A stretch of DNA of 64,000 bases, taken from assembly GCF_006345805.1 (NCBI RefSeq), contig NC_043006.1, forward strand, positions 64,046,001 to 64,110,000, written 5' to 3'. The stretch's first letter is position 1. Each line of letters starts with the position of its first letter. The notes under the pieces are model-generated. The model ran no database searches, was not told where the DNA came from, and was given only the letters and a program-made list of their open reading frames with translations. The stretch comes from Octopus sinensis (taxonomy: Eukaryota). Of this stretch, positions 60,416-64,000 are shown piece by piece. A program made the position numbers and the translations under genes.

Positions 60416-60621
60416 AGTTAATCCAAACATGAAAACGCAAAGAGAAAACACAACAACGTGAGGACGTGGAACAAGTATAGTGTTATTGGATGCTCAGGAA
60501 AGGAAAGAAAGAAGGAGGATTTAACGTTTCGAGCGGAGCTCTTCGTCAGAAACATAGAAAAAGGAAAGATCCAAGGAAGGGAAGACGGAGGAAAAAAATT
60601 GCCAACGATACACACGCGGTC
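60416..60621 (-). mobile_element. ~200-bp hammerhead-bearing element in (TA)n (Penelope pLTR-like)
   Basis: Flanked by TA repeats; pyrimidine tract, hammerhead, TTCCTGAGC layout as at 7004-7199. Confidence 0.65.
60519..60553 (-). ncRNA. Minimal type I hammerhead ribozyme with intact core boxes
   Basis: Minus strand GTTT-CTGACGA-A-GAGC tcc GCTC-GAAAC-GTT-AAAT; stem III is the loopless palindrome AACGUU; predicted cut between 60523 and 60522. Confidence 0.75.
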
Positions 60622-61402
60622 ATATATATATATACGACGGGCTGCTTCCAATTTTCGTCAACCAAATCCACTTCTAAGTCTTTGATAGGCCCATGACTAT
60701 CGTAGAAGAAACCTGCTGAAGGCGCATGCAGTTGAACTGAACCCGGAACCATGTGGTTTGGAAACAAACTACATACCACAGAGCTACGCCTGCTATATTG
60801 AAAAAAATCTTTATTTAGTAACTAATTTTTATTTGTAAATTACTAGATAAATTACTAGTGTTACTCGCGCGAGATAAGACAACTGGGCGCTGCTATTTGA
60901 ACGCTGACGATTTGGCACGGCTGAGTGAACATTCAAAATGTTTTGGTGACAGTGCGTTGTGGATCGAAAGGTAAACTTTCACAAGCGCGCAGAAAGACAG
61001 AGTGGGAGAAAGACAGAGGAGAGAGAGAGGGAGAGAAAGAGAGAGAGAGAGATTATACATGTATATAAACAGAACTAGATGCTCACACATATAAACAAAG
61101 AGAGAGCAAAGGGGAGATAAACTTTAAAATGTCGGCACCAAAACGTCCCGTAACCTTACTACCTTTAGTTTCGAAATGAGAGAGAGAGAGAGAGAGAGGA
61201 TGTTTTCCTTCTAAATTTACTGATCTTTCAGTGCTCAAGTGAATAAAGAAAATATGTTTGTGTTCTATACGCGTGTATGAGAGAACATGTTTGATTTGTC
61301 TGAAGAAGCATTTACACGCCGGGGCAACTCCACAGCAAGTCTATTACACCGGCCTAAATAGACTAGTTGCATTGTGCGTTTGGGTTGAGTACCACAAGCA
61401 TC

Positions 61403-61662
61403 TTTGACAACATATCGGGCATATCGGACATCGGCACTTTAGGCTGGTCCTCGTCTACTGTACGCTGGCTCTCTTCGACTTCTACCTATTCGGTCAAAAG
61501 AAGGACAGTTTTGGGGGACAACGACTTGTTGACACAGAAGTGGGTGAAATTGTTGTGAAGAAATCGATACAAGTACACAGTTGAATTTTGCAAAGAGGGC
61601 TGCCGACTTGGGCTCAACGATAGCGCAAATGCCCCACTTGTCATGGAGATTATGGTGAGTAG
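61403..61662 (+). mobile_element. Decayed mariner transposase C-terminal fragment
   Basis: FDN...LGW, then LALFDFYLFGQKKDSFGGQRL...QR*RKCPTCHGDYGE*, matching HDNARPH...GW...LAPSDxxLFGxxK...RF...RWxKC...GDYxE of DD34D mariners; contains stops and a deletion. Confidence 0.75.
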
Positions 61663-61779
61663 TATCTTTGTATAGAGGAAGAGTTACACTACCAGCAAAT
61701 GCAAATTGATTGACCAGTTATGAAAAAAGAAAAACAATTACGAGCACGTTTACATTGCTTCCGGTAGAATTTTCGTATA

Positions 61780-61968
61780 CAGTAACCCATCGACTATCGC
61801 GGGTGTTACGTTCCGAAATCTTACACAGAAATAATTAAAATCTAAAAAAAAATATAAATACCCATCGGCCGCAGAAACCCACGATATAAATTTACATATA
61901 TTAGCCAGAAAAATCCGCGATGTACTGAGTGCGCGATAGGTGAATCGCGATATGGCGAGGGATTACTG
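61780..61968 (+). mobile_element. Tigger/pogo-like MITE
   Basis: TIRs CAGTAACCCATCGACTATCGCG / CAGTAATCCCTCGCCATATCGCG; left flank TA, right flank CA. Confidence 0.8.
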
Positions 61969-62607
61969 CATGTATATACTCTTCATGGCTGACTTAAAAC
62001 GACACACTGGCCATGCAAGACTATAATTTCTTACTCATTGTATGGATAAAATTACATCTAGCTCTAACAGCTAACTACACTGAGGATCAGAAATTACCGA
62101 AAAACCTGCATAATCACAGCAAAGCACAACAAGACAACACAGAAACGAGAGTTTGTCATGCAACTTGAATTTTACACCACTGTGATTTTCGGGTGTGAAA
62201 CTCGGTCGTGAGAAAAAAAAACTTTCAGTTTCAGTTTCAATTATATATACGTATATATATAAATCCCATATCATCTACAACGTGTGTTAAGCACTCCTAT
62301 CTCAATCGTCCGACATAACCAACAGCCATCCATCCATCCACACACACACACACACACACCACACACACATCGTGTGTGTAACAGAATTAAAATCTAAATA
62401 AAAAAAGCATTACCAAGCGTCTTTTGGCTACCATCCAGAATCATTGTTGGCAACATTTTCTCGCTGCCAACTGCTTCAATTGTCTACAGTCTCTAACAAT
62501 AAAATATTCCAATCCCTCAAGGAATAGCTTTCCTCTCCATTTATTCTTTATCATTTGCTATATTGCCTGCTGCAACAGATAAATAATCTATTTTATGAGC
62601 CTTCTAT

Positions 62608-62800
62608 TATTGGCCGAATCGTTTGAGTGTCGGAAAAATAATGCCTTGCGGTATTTTGTTTCGGCTCTTGACGTTCTGAGTTCACATCCTGTCGAGTTCA
62701 ACTCTGGCTTTCATCCTTCCGGTGTCGAGAAAATGAAGAGGCATTTAAGTATTACAACCGATTCAAATCGACTAAGTCTCATCTCTGTCGCTTCCATAAA
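62608..62800 (+). mobile_element. SINE family A, old
   Basis: GCGGTATTTTG...ACGTTCTGAGTTCACATCC...CTTTCATCCTTCCGGTGTCGA. Confidence 0.6.
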
Positions 62801-62918
62801 TTTGTGGGGGCGGAGAGGGTTCTACTTATTTCAGAAACGATTATTATTTAAAAGCGATAGAGTAGCAAATAAAATGCTTTCACGTGTTTCGTTACGACCC
62901 TTAAAAGTTTTAAGTTCA

Positions 62919-63310
62919 AGGCTGTGTGGTTAAGAATCTCGCTTTGTAATCACATGGTTTCGGGTCAGTTCCACAGTGCAGCACCTTGGGCAAATGTCTT
63001 CTATAATCCTGGGTCGACCAACACATTGTGAGTGAGAGTCTGGTACACGGAAACTGCGTGGAAGCCTGCTGGATATGTGTATGCGTGTGAGTATGTCTTT
63101 ATGACTATGCCCCCTACCCGCAGCTTGACAACTGCTGTTGGTTTGTTTACGTCCCCATAACCAAGCAGTTTAGCAAAAGCGACTGAAAGAATACGTACTT
63201 AGCTTTAAAAAAAAAGTATTGGGGTCAATTTGTTTCACTAAAACCCGTCAAAGCGATGTCCCAGCATGGCCGCAGTCTAATGACTGAGACAAGCAAAAAA
63301 TAAAAGAAAA
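62919..63310 (+). mobile_element. SINE family B, full length
   Basis: GGCTGTGTGGTTAAGAA head to CCCAGCATGGCCGCAGTCTAATGACTGAGACAAG tail. Confidence 0.88.
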
Positions 63311-63489
63311 CTCATTCTTATGGAAACGCTGGAATTAAGTACCAGTAAAGTATTAAAGTTGGTGGCTCCGTACCTATATTAGGAACCTTTATTATTGTCA
63401 ATAGCGGTGGTGCCCCAGCATGGCCGCGGCCTTCGGGCTAAAACATTTTAAAGGATTTAAGGATTTAGTTGTAGCCCTTTTTTTTCAAC

Positions 63490-63653
63490 TTTAGGCACAA
63501 AGCCCGAAATTTGGGGGGAGGGGCCAGTCGATTAGATCGACCCCAGTACGTAACTGGTATTTAATTTACCGACCCTGAAAGGATGAAAAACAAAGTCGAC
63601 CTCGGCGGAATTTGAACTCAGAACGTAAAGACAATTCTGCCAACTCACCGCCT
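63490..63653 (-). mobile_element. SINE family A, with internal head deletion
   Basis: GTCGATTAGATCGACCCCAGTAC...AAAGTCGACCTCGGCGGAATTTGAACTCAGAACGTAAAGAC directly joined to TTCTGCCAACTCACCGCC. Confidence 0.88.
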
Positions 63654-63730
63654 TATAAGTAATAGACTGACAGAAAGAGTAGAGCGCCAAGTTAAATAGC
63701 TTCAATTGATATAGGACGTGTATGTGTATA

Positions 63731-63802
<72 letters not shown>

Positions 63803-63889
63803 AAGGTTAGAAGAGAAAGGGTAAGGGCCATAACCTGTTTTAGGAGCTCTGAGATTGATGGGAAGAAGAAAGGAAGTTACACTCAACCA

Positions 63890-63976
63890 GGCGCATGCGT
63901 GGCTGTGTGGTAAGAAGTTTCGAGTTCAGTCCCTAGGGCAAATGTCTTCCACAACAGCCTCAGAAGAAGCCCGTCG
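63890..63976 (+). mobile_element. SINE family B, abbreviated 5' portion
   Basis: GGCGCATGCGTGGCTGTGTGGTAAGAAG...GGGCAAATGTCTTC...GAAGAAGCCCGTCG. Confidence 0.8.
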
Positions 63977-64000
63977 GGTGTGTGTGTGTGTGTGTGTGTG

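Larger units (their letters stand above)
60101..60792 (-). mobile_element. SINE family B, full length, with a hammerhead element nested in its central (TA)n
   Basis: Tail at 60101, head ending CCACAGAGCTACGCCTGC near 60792; foreign insert at 60416-60621. Confidence 0.88.

Overview
Eukaryotic, AT-rich, microsatellite-saturated non-coding DNA (intronic or intergenic), with one 100-N assembly gap at 29328-29427. I could not support any host protein-coding exon; nearly all ORFs in the supplied track are microsatellite translations (IYIY, HTHT, ERER, VCVC). The repeat families look like those I recall from octopus (cephalopod) genomes, which is an inference and not a database result. Interspersed content: three tRNA-headed SINE families (A, B, C; about 45 copies), an old decayed family (D), Tc1/mariner, Tigger-like, hAT, MULE-like and foldback MITEs, and decayed coding remnants of RTE (two), R4/Dong, CRE-like, mariner, a gag-like CCHC ORF and a possible Penelope GIY-YIG domain. 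Main observation: nine type I hammerhead-ribozyme motifs (CUGANGA, stem II, GAAA, palindromic stem III, NUH, stem I) from at least four sequence families. One has all conserved core boxes intact (60519-60553), one lies inside its own antisense inverted repeat (18520-18638), and two lie in a ~440-bp unit that occurs in partial tandem (retrozyme-like). Also notable: family-A SINE dimer and trimer, each bounded by a single target-site duplication.
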